DNA from: Geosiphon pyriformis uo1
Lineage: Eukaryota > Fungi > Glomeromycota
Reading direction: 5' to 3'
NCBI GenBank assembly: GCA_016748015.1
Contig: JAAOMT010000226.1
Span: 416,604 to 480,603 of the forward strand
DNA: 64,000 bases
In this document: positions 38,606 to 52,544 of the stretch, piece after piece
Layout: every line of letters begins with the position of its first letter
Position numbering within the stretch: the stretch's first letter is position 1
The notes under the pieces: generated by a model
Databases searched by the model: none
What the model was told of the DNA's origin: nothing
What the model saw: the letters and a program-made list of their open reading frames with translations, nothing else
Translations under genes and position numbers: made by a program

Positions 38606-41496
38606 AATAAATATACTAATTAATATGGTAAAAAAAAACAATTAATAAGAAAGAAATTATTTTTACTCATCAATTAATTTCTATTTCATCATATAATCAA
38701 TATATAATAGTTATAAAAAAAAAGATAAAAGACCAACTCCAAATTTTTGAAGCTAAAATAAATATTTGTAAATTAAAAGAGATTATCTTTATTAATTTTT
38801 ATATATTAGTCAAAAACAACAAACACATCAAGATCTCAATCTATAATATAACTGAAAACTCCATAGAAATACCAAGTAAAATTACTATCAAATACTTAAA
38901 CACTAAAGTTGAGAACTAATTACCAATTACTATTTCAGACTTTTTACAACTTTATGAATATATGAATATCATATCATAAATTATATACAGACAAAAAAAA
39001 TATTATTTGTTGTAATCAAAACAATTAAAACAAATGAACTTGGAGAATTTAAACCCATTTCAACAGATACAACTCAAAATACTACTTAACAACTTTACTA
39101 ATATCTTTGCCAGTAAAAATGAATTTGGCAGAACTGATATTATCTAATATTAGATTAAAACTAAAAATGTAATGCCAATTAAACAAAAAACATACAGAGT
39201 ACCACCCACCAATCATAAAATCATTTGACAAAAAATCAACAAAATGTTAAATAATGGATTAATTTAACTATCAATAAGCTTATAGTTATTACTAGTGGTA
39301 CTCATTTGGAAAAAAAATAGAAAAATTTATTTTTGTGTAGATTACTAAAAGCTTAACAGTATTACTTATGAAGACAATTATCCAACTTTACAAATATAGG
39401 AATTATTCAATGTTTTTAAAGAAAAGAAATGGTTTTCAACATTAGACTTAGATAATAGTTACTGGCAAGTAACTATGAATTTAATGGACAAGGAGAAGAT
39501 AACATTCACAACCAAAGAAGAGAATTTCAAATTTGATGTTATGCCTTTTGGCTTAACCAATATTCCAATTATCTTTCAATAACTTATGAAAATTGTATAC
39601 ACTAAATTACTATAATAATCAATAGTAATCTACTTAGATAACACTAATGTGTTTTCCAAAACATTTGATAATCATCTTTATTATTTCTAATAAATATTTG
39701 AAAAATTAAAAAGAGCTGAATTGAAATTAAATGCAACCAAATACTTTTTTGACAAAACTGAACTCAAGTTTTTGGGATATGTTGTGAGTAAAGATGATAT
39801 CAAAACAGACTCAGACAAGATTAAAATAGTCAAAAACTTTCCAGTATTAACAAATCTTATAGAATTAAGAGCATTTTTGGAATTTGCTAAATACTATTGT
39901 CACTTTATCTAAAACTTTTCTAAATTGGCTCAAACATTTTACCAGCTCTAAGCAAAAAATATTAAATATGAATAAACTGAAATCTAACAAGAAGCTTTTA
40001 ACATCTTAAGAAAAAAGCTTATTCAAGCTTTAGTACTAATTTATTCAAATTACAACAAGTCATTTATTATTACTATTAATATATTTGATCAAGCATTGGA
40101 AGCAGTATTATTACAAAAAAGAGCAGATAAATAAGAATATCCAGTAATATATGTTAGCAAAAGTTTAAGTTCTGCTGAAAAAAACTATGGAACTCCAGCA
40201 TTAAAACATTTAGCTATCTATTGGACTATTATTAAATAGAAGAAATATTTAAGTCAAAAGTTTAATATATACATTGATTACAAAAGATTAACATCAATTC
40301 AAAAGCAAAAATTTGAAAACAATTGCTATGCAAGCTGAAAAATAGAAATATTATTATTTAATTATATTATATATTATAAAAAAAAGAAAAAAACAGAAAT
40401 ACTGATGGTTTGTCATAAATAAAACAAATCTTAAAACATTTTAACCCAAAAATATAACAAAAAATAAACACACAAAAATATTAATAACTTCAACATTATA
40501 TTAATACTCAACAGTTCAAGAAGAAATTATCTTAAAAAAAACAAAACAACATAAAACAACAATCAAAATATTTTATTACTTACCAAGATATATTATATCA
40601 GAAAAACAAAAAATACTCAGATCAGCCATTCAAAATAATTACAAAACCAGAGAAAAAAACAATATTATTCAACATATATTTAAATCTAACAACAAAACAT
40701 TTTCATAAAAAAACAACCATAAAAAAAACCATAAAAAAATATTATTGGCCATCTATATATTTATATATTATTTAATATATTTAAAATTGTGATGCTTATT
40801 AAAAAAAAAAGAACAAAATCTAGTAAACTGCTAAAACCAATCAAAGTGAGACAATTATTTGATCAAATTGGAATTGACTTAGTTAGATTATTAATAATAA
40901 CCAGCAAAAGCAATAAATATATATCAATAGCTATAAATTATCTCACAAAATAACCAGAAGCAAAAACAATTCAAAAAGCAAATGCAAAATTTGTAGCTGA
41001 ATTTGTTCATTAAGATTCGATTTGTTAATACAGATGTCTAAAAGAATTGTTATCAAATCAAAGAACTCACTTTGTAAACAGAATATTAACAGAATTAAGT
41101 CAAAAATTTGGAATTAAAAGACTATTATTATCACTATATTATTCACAAACAAATGACTTAGTTGAAAAATTTAATAAAACATTGTGTGAAACAATAGCCA
41201 AGATCAGCCAAAAAAATTAAGACAAATAGAATTTGTTTATATTATTAGTATTATTTGCTTATTGGACAATAAAGCAAGATACCAAACAAGTAATACCATT
41301 TAAATTTGTTTACAATAGAACAACAACATTACTAGTTAAAATAGATATTAACATATATTTAACAAAACCAATAACAAAAGCTAACTTCCAAAAAACATTG
41401 CTAAAAAGAACATATAACTTAATAAAAACATTAGAAAACAAAAAACAAAAAACAGCTGATAATATTTAAAAGTTACAAAAAAAACAAAAAAGACAA

Positions 41497-42383
41497 TATT
41501 ACAGATAATTATTTAGGGTGTTAGAACAAATAACAAATCTATAACTTGGTGCTTAATAGTTAATAATATTGGTAATATCTAAAGATTTTGAAGTCTAAAA
41601 GTTTTGGTTGATAATAAACAGAGATTTAATTAATGGTTTTTTTTGTGAATTTTTTTTTAGCATAATGGCCAGTTTAATTTGGCAGTTGTGTCTTTCTAAT
41701 AAGCTATTCTTAAATTTTTATTTTTATTTTCTGGTTTTTTACCAAACTATCTTTAATGTCAAATATTTAGCACTTAATCTCTTTTAATTAATTAGTAAAC
41801 AACAAAGAAATAAAATAAAAAAAAATAAAAAAAAGATAAAAAAATAAAAAAATAAAAATTAATATTTTATTAATAGCCATAATCAAAAGCTATTGGTTTA
41901 ATGTGGTTAAATATTGAATTCTATTAACATAGAATGTTAATAAAGTAAACATGATTAATATGTCTTAATCAAGCAATAATAACATAAATTTAAGTAATAA
42001 TTAATATTTTATTAATATGTAATTTGATTCTACTTCAAGTTATAAAAAACTATTTTTTAAAAGAAGAAGTATTGAGTAATTAATAAATTCTAACTAACTG
42101 TTGGTATCAATTCTGTTTTTTTTGTTTCTAATACTTTTGCTATATATACATATTTTTTGTTATATAAAATTTTACATTTTTTTGAACAATATACTTATTA
42201 TTAAGCAATATGCTATAATTTTTTAACAATATATTTATTGCTAAGCAGTATATCATAATTTACTATTAATATGCACATTGCTGAGCAATATATTATAATT
42301 TTTTGATATTTGTTTACTTGCTAAGTACTCTTTTCTATTTGTTTTTTTTATTTTTTCTTACTTGTACTTTTTTATAAGTAATA
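41497..42383 (-). repeat. 3' LTR of B3
   Basis: Direct repeat of 50559-51488; adjacent to the PPT. Confidence 0.9.
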
Positions 42384-42394
42384 TTATCTTTTTT

Positions 42395-43070
42395 TTTAAT
42401 ATTAAGTTTTATCAAAATCTTTATTTTAAATTAAGTTTATTACTTCTCTTTTTAATACTGTTTGTTCAATTCTGTTCCTTATTTTTTTACTTTGAAAGTT
42501 GTTTATTTTTCTCTACTGGTTAACAATTATTGTTTTTATTTCTTAGTATAATAGTATTGCTGGATAATTTTGAAATATGGTGTGTAGTCAGTACATTGTT
42601 TTAATATATAGTTTAAAATTTGTTTTCTTTTCAATAAAATTTTTAATCTGTTGTACTATTTTTTAATTGAATATTTTTTTGAATTTATCAATATATAATT
42701 TCTAAATATTCAACTTTTGTTTCAACTAATAATAACAATATAATACTGAAAGTTGTTTTATTTATAGCTTCCAGTTTTCTTTAATTAGTTTCTCTGTTGG
42801 AATCATTATTGATATTTTTTCAAAAATGTTTTTTACTTTTTTTATAACTTTATTTAACCAGTATTTTGTTTGGTTCTGTGGTCATTAATATGGGGTAATT
42901 CTTGCTTTTTTTTTTCTTTTTGGTGTTTTGATAGCAAATTGTTTGATAATTAATAACAATTTTCATGTCTAATTGTTGTTGATTTATGGTCTAGAATAAT
43001 TATTGAACTATTATGTAGATGTAGTTTGAGATTTTTATCTTTTTTTGTTGCTTTTGTTATGTATACTATG
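42395..43070 (-). pseudogene. ORF3 of B3 (post-integrase ORF, unknown function)
   Basis: Colinear with 51872-52533 and 56870-57530. Confidence 0.6.
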
Positions 43071-46000
43071 TTTTTATATACTATTTTTGTAGATTAATTT
43101 GACATGTTTGTGTTAATAATTATAATTGGTTTTAGATCTTATAAAATTTTATCTGGTTAGACTAGTATTTATTGTACTTTTAGTTATAAAATATTACTAG
43201 TAAATAATAATGCTATATTGTGATATGATTTTAGTTAATTTCTATGTACTGTTTTAAGTAAAATTTTGTTGTCTTATCTTAATTTATAAGCTCTAATTTT
43301 TAAAAATTTTTCAATATGAAATAGTTTATTCTATTTGGAATTGAATTTTTTACTTTATTGTTTTTCTGTTTTGGTACAATATAAGAATACTTTGTCTCTA
43401 ATTTTGAATTCAACTGGTTTATCTGGTAATTAGTTATTATATTATTTTTTTTGTTTTGCTTGTAACTTTTGGATATTATTAGCTGCTTTTCATTTTTTGT
43501 TTTTTAATGTTTCTATTAAGTCATATGTTCTTTTCAGCAATGTTTTTTGGAAGTTGGTTTCTGTTATTGGTTCTGTTAAATATATGCTGATATTTATCTC
43601 AACTAGTAATATTGCTGTTCTATTGTAAACAAGTTCAAATAGTATTGCTTGTATAGTATCTTGCTTTATTGTCTGATAAGCAAATAATACTGATAGTATA
43701 AACAAATCCTATTTGTCCTGGTTTTTTTGATTGATTTTGACTATTGTTTTATATAATGTTCTGTTAAACTTTTCAACTAAGCCATTTGTTTGTAAATAAT
43801 ATGGTAATAATAATAGTCTCTTAATTTCAAATTTTTAACTTAATTCTGTTAATATTCTATTCATAAAGTGAATTCTTTGATTTAATAATAATTTTTTTGG
43901 GTATTCATGGCAACAAATTAAATTTTAGTGTATAAATTTGGCTATAAATTCTGCATCTGTTCTTTGAATTGCTTTTGTTTTTAATCATTTTGTAAGATAG
44001 TCTATGACTACTATTATATATTGATTGTTTTTGCTAATTATTGTTAATAATCCAACTAATTCAATTTTAATTCAATCAAATAATTGTCCTACTTTAATTG
44101 GTCTTAGTGGTTTATTAGATCTTAGTAGTTCACTGGGTTTTATTCTTTTTCTTCTTTAACAAACATTACAATTTTAAATATTTTAAATGATGTTTAGATA
44201 CATAAATAACCAATAGTATTTTTTTCTGGTTTTTTCCATAGTTGTTTTTTTATGAAAATGTTCTGCTGTTAGATTTGAATGTATATTAAATAGTATTGTT
44301 TCTTTCTTTGGTTTTGTAATTACTTTGAATAATTAATTTGAGTATTTTCTGTTTTTCTAATATAATATATTTTGGTAAATAATAAAATATTTTACTTGTT
44401 GTTTTATGTTGTTTTGTTTTTTTTGAGATAATTTTTCCTTAAACTGTTGAGTATTAATATAATGTTAAAGTTGTTAATATTTTTTTGTGTTCATTTTTTG
44501 TTATATTTTTGGATTAAAATGTTTTTAGATTTGTTTTATTTATGACAAACCATCAGTATTTTTTTTTTTATAATATATGGTATAATTAAATAATGATAGT
44601 TCTATTTTTTATTTTGCTTCTGGATTAATGTTAATTCTTTATGATCAGTATACATATTAAACTTTTAACTTAAATATTCTTTTCATTTAATAACAGTTCA
44701 ATTAATAGCTAAATATTCTAATACTAAAGTTTTATAGTTTTTTTGGCTGAACTTAAACTTTTGCTAATATATGTTACTAAATGTTCTTATTTATTTATTT
44801 TTTTTGTAACAATATAGTTTACAATACTTGATTGAATACATTGGTAGTAATAATAAATGGCTTGCTGTAATCTAAATAAATTAATACTAGTGCTTTAATA
44901 AGCTTTCTTCTTAAGATGTTAAAAGCTTCTTGTGGGGTTTTTGTCTATTTATATTTAACATTCTTTGCTTAAAGCTAGTAAAGTAGTTGAGCCAATTTGG
45001 AGAAGTTTTGAATAAAGCAGCAATAGTATCCAGCAAATCTCAAAAATGCTCTTAATTTCATAAAATTTGTTGGTACTAGAAAATTTTTGACTATTTCGAT
45101 TTTGTCTGAATCTGTTTTTATACTATTTTTGCTTACAACATATTCCAAAAACTTAAGTTCTGTTTTTCCAAAAAAGCATTTGGTTGTATTCAACTTTAAT
45201 CTGGCTCTTTTTGAATTTTTTGAACACTTATTGGAGATAATAAAGATGATTGTCAAATGTTTTAAAGAACATATTTGTGTTGTCCAAGTAAACTACTATA
45301 GATTTTCATAGTAATCCAGTGTAAACAATTTCTATAAATCATTAAAAAATAACTGGAGCATTGGTTAAACCAAATGATATAACATTAAATTCAAAGTTCT
45401 TTTTTCTGGTAGTAAACACTGTTTTTTTTTGTTAACTAAGTTCATGGCTACTTGCCAGTAATTACTATCTAAGTTCAATATTAAAAACCATTTTTTCTTT
45501 TCAAAAGCATCAAATAATTTTTGTATTCATAAAGTTAGATAGCTGTTTTCATAAATAATACTGTTAAACTTTTAGTAATCTACACAAAAGCAGATCTTTT
45601 CATTTTTTTTCTAAACAAGTACTATTGGTAATAATCATGAACTCATTGATAATTGAATTAATCTATTGTTTAACATTCTGTTGATTTCCTATTAAATGAT
45701 TTTATTGCTAGCTTGTAGTACTTTGTATACTTTTTGTTTAATTAGCATTGTATTTTTAGTTTTAATCTGGTGTTAAATAATATTAGTTCTACCAAATTCA
45801 TTTTTACTAACAAAGATGTTAATAAAATTGTTGAGTAGTATTTTGAGTTATATTTGTTGAAATAAGTTCAAATTTTTTAAGTTTATTTGTTTTAATTGTT
45901 TTAGTTGTAACAAATAGCACTTTTCTTATCTGTATATAATTTGTGATATAATATTTATATATTCACAAAGCTGTAAAAAGTTTGAAATAGTGGTAGGTGC

Positions 46001-46314
46001 TTGATTCTTAATTTTAGTGCTTAAGTATTTAATAATAGTTTTACTTGATATTTCTTTGAAATCTTTAGTTATGTTATATATAGGAATCTTGATGTGTTTA
46101 TTATTTTTGACTAGTATGTAAAGATTGATAATAACAATCTTTACTGATTCACAAATGTTTGTTTTAGTTTCAAAAATTTGGGATTGGGTTTTTATCTTCT
46201 TTTCTATAACTATTTATACTGATTATATGGTAAAATAGAAATTAATTGATAAATGAAAATAATTTCTCTCTTATTAATTATTTTTTCTTTTACCATATTA
46301 ACTGATATATCTAT

Positions 46315-46715
46315 TCTACTTATTGATCCAAATTTTTTTATCTCTTTTGTCATGATTTCTAACTTTTTTTTGGCTTTTATTAATATTAACTAAGCTATTT
46401 TAACCAAAAACAAGAATATTGTTTATGCTATCTTTTTATTTGGTTCAATTATATATCTTTTTTCTAAGTTATTTTGTAATATTACAATAATATTTTTTAT
46501 ATATCCTGTATTAATTATTTTTTCTCTAATATTAATCTCTTTTTTTATTAAACTAGATCTAGAGACTATTTAGATCATTGTTGTTTTTAGAATTTCTAAT
46601 ACTATTTTCAAATCTATATTAGTGTACAAATATAGTTCTAATTTAATAGCAGTTTTTCTTGAATACCTAAAATCAAACTCTGCATTGGTATTATGTACAT
46701 ATTCTGGTATAATAT
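46315..46715 (-). pseudogene. dut: dUTPase domain within B3 pol
   Basis: IIPEYVHNTNAEFDFRY (ORF 46570..46905), SRSSL, INTGY, KIA*TIF, KFGSIS. Confidence 0.88.
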
Positions 46716-49700
46716 TTTCAGCATTATTGTTAAACCATTTTAGTTTTTGTTTCATTGACAGATCTGAAAGCATAATATACTGTTTGGAGTTGTAATCAAA
46801 GTTTGAATTATTGTTGTTATTATTGTTATAGTAAACAGAGTTAGAACTATTGTTGTTATTATTATCAGAGTTTGAATCATGATTGAATTTTAATTCCAAT
46901 TTCAATATATATTTACTAATTGGTTCTTTTTCTTCAAAGATTGAATAAATTATACATGATAGTAGATTATAGATAAGATCACAATTATCACAATATTTAA
47001 AGTTACTGAAAATTAGGCAATATTTACAAAGTTTTGTATTTAACTATTTCAAATATTGTTCTTGTTTTTTTTAGTCAATGCTAACTTTTAGTAGTATTTG
47101 TGAAATTGTTTTAAATTGCTTAGAATATTGATAAATACATCTGTATTAAGAATAAAAACAGACTTAACAGGTTTTAATAGGTTGTTTTTGATGATAAATA
47201 TTTCATTAGATAAAATGCCTTTGATTTTAGCACTTGTTATTTGCCAAATTTTATCTTTATCATGTAAGTAACTGTCTAAACATAAAAGTGGTTGGTTCTA
47301 TATGATGTTAAAAGCTGTTTTTTGGCTTATTTAATTGCTAATAAAGATTATATATTGACATAATGTATTACATATTTCTTTTTGACTAAAAATATTATTC
47401 TATATTCTTTTATTGAACAGTATTTTCTCACAAACAAGACATGACTTATTGTTCTATTTTTTTTGTTACTTAAAGTAATCATAGCATTCTTTATAATATA
47501 ACTTGTAATAGTAGTGAGTATGTATTCAGTAGTTTTTGTTTGATAAAATTCAAGCTCTTATAAAGAAAAACTTCTTTTTATAATTAATATATTTTAGTAA
47601 AATATAAGATAGTTCTTTTCTTGTATTCATGGAGTATGATTTATCTTAATTATTAGTTATTTTTTTAGTAATTGTGGTTGCTTTTGGCTTGTTTTCTTCT
47701 TTTTCTTTCTCTTTATTGTCTCATAAGAGTATTGGTAATAACTTATTGTGTTCATTTTTAGTCCATAAAACTTAATAGACTTTTCAGATAAGTTTTTCTT
47801 TTTTTTTCAAACTTGATTAATAGTAATTAAATAGTAATATTTGTTTTAAAGTGGCTGCAAGTAGCAAGTACCCAAGTTTGTTGACCATTTTAACTGAACT
47901 ATAGCTTCTGAGTATTTTAGTTAACTATAGCATTGGTTTTAAACAGCCAATTATTACTAATAAGAACTTGATATTATATGGCTTATATCACAAAAACCTT
48001 GATGAGTGCCATAATATTATTAACTTCAAACAAAAAATTGTCAATTTTACTAATAAAAGTTTTTATTGCTTTATTAGCTATAATTATTCTGATGCTAATA
48101 ACACAATCAATTTAGCAATCTAATTGGTCCATAAGTTGTTATGTAATAATACTGTTTGCTAAATCATTATTAAAAATTAGTTTAATAAAGTGTCTATTGA
48201 CTTTAGTATTAATATACATAGTAGTGATTGGTTTGGTATTAAGAGTGGTTCTATTGAATAATGCTATTTTTAATTAGATTTCTAATTTGAAGAAAAATAT
48301 GACTACAAGTAATTTATTTTTAGTAATGATTATTAGTGAAATATTGCTAATAAGTAATTGTTAGTTGGTTACCAAATTGTTGAATATATTGTCTTTTGGA
48401 ATAACCAGAAGACTTAAATAGTTTTAAAAATTTGGGTTTTGAATATATCTACTTTTCAAACTCTGTTGGCATAATCTTAATAATTAATTCAATAAATTGG
48501 AAATTGGTTGGTATATTACTATTGTTGATCTTCAATTCTGTTGTGTGTAAGTAATTCTCAGTCTTTGGTTGCCAGTTGACATTTGAACTAAGTTTGATAG
48601 TAGTGTTTAAATTAATAGTAATTAATAAATAACTTATGACTATAGCTAATAAATGATTAATGCTGGAATTTGATTTATTAAAGATGAGTATATTAATTAT
48701 TATATCATTAGAATATAATAAGATTGATATTGATTCTAATTTAGAGTATAATTTGGAATTTAAAATTGGCAATTGGAGTTTTGATATTAATTTCTCAATT
48801 ATTGGTTATTTAATCTTATATGACAGTCTAATTTTAAGTGTTTTTATTTATTACAATAGTGACAGATATGTATTTTTTACTGTTATAATTGATTAGTTGA
48901 TAAGAATAATGAATGTAATTGATTTTGAAAACAATTTGAGTTTTTTTAATTGTTATAGCATTATGGCAGTTGATAGATTGTTTGATTGTTAGCTAAGTAT
49001 TCTTTAATTTTTTAATTAATGACTTTGCCAAATTGTTTCAATTTGGTATCCTATTCAAATAATCTATTCATTATTAAGTTAATAGTTTGGGCATGATTGG
49101 CTTCAAGTTTAACCAATTCAAAATTTCAGGCATGTGTAATTGCATTCTAGAGAGTATTTAAATGCATTGAGCATATTTATTATAACAAACTACTGTGTAA
49201 TTTACAAATAAACTGGTTTAAAATCTGTGCTGCTGTAAAGTAGTCAGCTTGAATTGCTTGAATCTAATACAGGTTTTTGTAAAAGTATCCCAAATAAATA
49301 GTAACTGTTTTTGTATCACTCTGTTTAATGGTAATAAAGCTAGTTAACAGGTAATTGATGTTATTATAATTATTAAAATATTGCAAAAACATGGTTTTAA
49401 ACACATTAAAAATTTGTAATTTGTTGACTAAGTTCTAATATTATGAGTTAACAGTATTCTGTAAAAAGTAGTAAATGGCTTAAAAAGTTCTAACATTGTT
49501 TTAGTTATTGGCTGTAATTGTCTTAACCACATTATTCACCTATGCTTGAATGTTGTTCTTTTCATTGGTAAATTTCTTAAGTTTGGTAATAGGTGTATAT
49601 GCCATTGATGCTACTTGTTATTATTGTTGCAGTTATTGTTGAAATTGTTATTATAATTGTTATTATGATAGAACAATTGATGCAACTAATAAATCAATTA

Positions 49701-50558
49701 TAATAACTGAAAATAAGTTGTGTTAAATAATAGAAATAGTGTTTGAATTGTTTAAGTTTGTCAGAGTTTGAATAATTGAAGTTTGTATTTCTGAATTATT
49801 TGGGATCAGATTTGGATTATTGTTTTCTTGATCACTGTTTTTTTTTTTTTAAATTAGTCTTTTCAATGACTGGTAGATTTAAAATCTGGTTAAAGTGGCA
49901 GTAATTAAAGTCCTAATAGTGTTGTTAGTCACAATTTAAATTCTTTAAAGAAATTATTGTAGGTTCTTAATAATTTGGCTTTTTTTTGATTATTTTGGAA
50001 CAGAACTTAAGATAATAGTATTTTTATAGTTAATAATAATGCAGATTCTAATAGTATATAAATAATACTTCTCAGTATATGATAGTATGATAAGTGAATA
50101 TATAAAATAACTTTTGATTTCTTTTAAGTAGGTGGTTGTATTTTCTTTGGTGTTTCTGCTAATGTTTATAATTTTTTTTGTCTGCAAAAGTAATAGAAAA
50201 TCTCTGTTAGATGTAATTTTCAATTTCTTTGTTTATTTTTGTAATTATTAGTACAAACAGATAGTTTGATAGAAGTATAATACTTTAGAATAATTTACTA
50301 TAAAAATTGTTAAGAGTGGCTTCTAAATTTTCTTTATCTTCCAAGTAGAATTTAATTTTTTTGTTGACATAGTAATTGAAAACTAAATCTGCTGGCCAAT
50401 TATTACTTATTAGTTCAAGATGTATTTGGTAATGTTAAAATAAAGATTTTGTAAATCTTAAATGATTTTTTTCTATAATTTTTTGGTTTGTCACTTTTCC
50501 AGATGATTGATGTTAGTGTTGGTTTTCTGTTAAATTATATTTTACAGAGAGCACTAAA

Positions 50559-51488
50559 TGTTACAAATAATTATTTAAGATATTAAAACAAATAATAAAT
50601 TCATAACTTGATACTTAATAGTTAATAATATTAATAATATCTAAAGATTTTGGAGTCTAAAAGTTTTGGTTGAGTTTTTTGTATAATAAACAAAGATTCA
50701 ATTAATGATTTTTTTCATGATTTTTTTTTCAGCATGGTGGCCAATTTAATTTGACAGTTATGTTTTTCTGATAAGTTATTCTTAAATTTTTATTTTTATT
50801 CCTGGGTTTTTTACCAGACTATTTTTAACATAAAATACTCAGCATTTAATCTCTTTTAATTAATAAGTAAACAACAAAAAAATGAAACAAAAAAAAAGAA
50901 AAAAAAGAAAAAAAAAATAAGAAATTAGTATTTTATTAATAGCCATGATCAAAAGCTATTGGTCTAGTATGGTTAATTATTGAATTCTATCAACATAGAG
51001 TGTTGATAGAATGAACATAATTAATATGCTTTAATCAAGCAATAATAACATGGATTCAAGTAATAATTGATATTTTATTAATATGTGATTTAATTTTACT
51101 TTAAGTTGTAAAAAACTACTTTTTAAAGAGAAAAGTATTAAGTAATTAATGAATTTTAATTGACTGTTGATTTCAATTCTGGTTTTTTTGTTTTTAATAT
51201 TCTTACTATATATACATTTTTTTTGTTATATGAGATCTTATATTTTCTTAAGCAATATGTTCTATTTTCTTTGATAATATGCTTATTGCTAAGCAATATA
51301 CCATGATTTTCTAACAATATGTTTATTGTTGAGTAGTGTGCTATAATTCATTAACAATATGCATATTGCTAAGCAATATGTCATAATTTTCTGACATTGT
51401 ACTTACTTACTAAGTACTATTCTTCTATTGATTTATTTTTTATTTGTTTTTCCTATTTTTTCTTTTTTGTGTTTTTCTATAAATAACA
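50559..51488 (-). repeat. 5' LTR of B3 (930 bp)
   Basis: TGTTA...TGTAACA on the minus strand, followed by PBS TTTAGTGCTCTCTGTAAA. Confidence 0.9.
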
Positions 51489-51871
51489 ATAACATAATAA
51501 CCAATTACCAAATAAACCAATTGAATTCAGAATTAGAGACAAAGTACTCTTACATTGTATTAAAGCAGAAAACCAATTGAATAGAAAATTTGATTTCAAA
51601 TGGGACAAACCATTTTATATTAAAGAAATTCTAGGAAATAGAGCTTAAAAATTAAGATAAAACAACAAAATCTTAGCTAAAGCAGTGTATAAAAATTAAC
51701 TAAAATCATATCACAATATAGTATTATCATTTATCAATAATATTCTATAATTAAAAGTATAACAAATACTAGTTCAATCAAATAAAATTTCACAAGATCT
51801 GAAACCAAACATAATTATTAACACAAATACATTTAATTAATATACCAAAATAATATATAAAAACATAATAT

Positions 51872-52533
51872 ATGCAACAAAAGCAACAATAAAAAAATAG
51901 AAATTTCAGATCACATTCATACAATGGCTTAACAATTATTCCAAACTATAAATCAACAAAAATTAGACATAGAAATTATTATTAATTACCAAACAATTTG
52001 CTATCAAAACACCAAAAAAGAAAAAAAAAACAAGAATTATTTTATATCAGTAACTACAGAACTAAATAAAGTACTGGTTAGATAAAATCATAAAAAAAGT
52101 AAAAAACACTTTTAAAAAAACACCAAAGATGATTTCAATAGAGAAACTAATAAAAAAAACTAAAAGCTATAAAAATAATAATTTTTAGTTTCATATTGTT
52201 ATTATTGGTTAGGACAAAAACTGAATATTTAAAAATTATATATTAATAAATCCAAAAAAATATTCAATTAAGAAATAATACAACAGATTAAAGATTTTAT
52301 TAAAAAGAAGCCAAATTTTAAACTATACATCAAAACAATTTACCAACTATACATTATATTTTAAAATTATCCAAAAATACTATTACACTAAAGAATAAAA
52401 ACAATAATTGTTAATCAGTAAGAAAAAATAAACAACTCTTAATATGAAAAAATAAGAAATAAAATTGAACAAACAGTATTAAAAAGAGAAATAATAAACT
52501 TAATTTAAAATGAAGATTTTAATAGAGCTTAAA
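51872..52533 (+). pseudogene. ORF3 of B2 (post-integrase ORF, unknown function, ~210 codons)
   Basis: Reconstructed from B2/B3/B4: ...DHIYTMAQQLFQTINQQQLD.EVVINHQTI...YCYYQLGQKLNI...KTIY.LYTIFQNYP...EDFNRA. Confidence 0.6.
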
Positions 52534-52544
52534 AAAGAAAATAA

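Larger units (their letters stand above)
33600..41496 (+). pseudogene. gag-pol pseudogene of B2 (probably a single long frame; interrupted at 34537-35351; integrase tail resumes at 51493-51840)
   Basis: Gag KLEKFTG (35357); CYYCNKQKHLKLDC (~36077-36118); protease LILNSSLADSII; RT FCVDY*KLN, MPFGLTN, YLDNTNV; RH NYGTPALKHLAI; IN IGIDLV. Confidence 0.9.
41497..51488 (-). mobile_element. Gypsy family B copy B3, full length and uninterrupted (9992 bp), inserted antisense in the B2 integrase
   Basis: 5' LTR 50559-51488, 3' LTR 41497-42383, TSD ACAA/ATAA, PBS at ~50541-50558, PPT at ~42384-42397; ORF pieces 43490..43705, 44975..45256, 46570..46905. Confidence 0.95.

Noticed and set aside
32762-51488. 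Giant palindrome / foldback element or assembly artefact
   Set aside because: The arms are diverged, and B3 has its own LTR pair and TSD.
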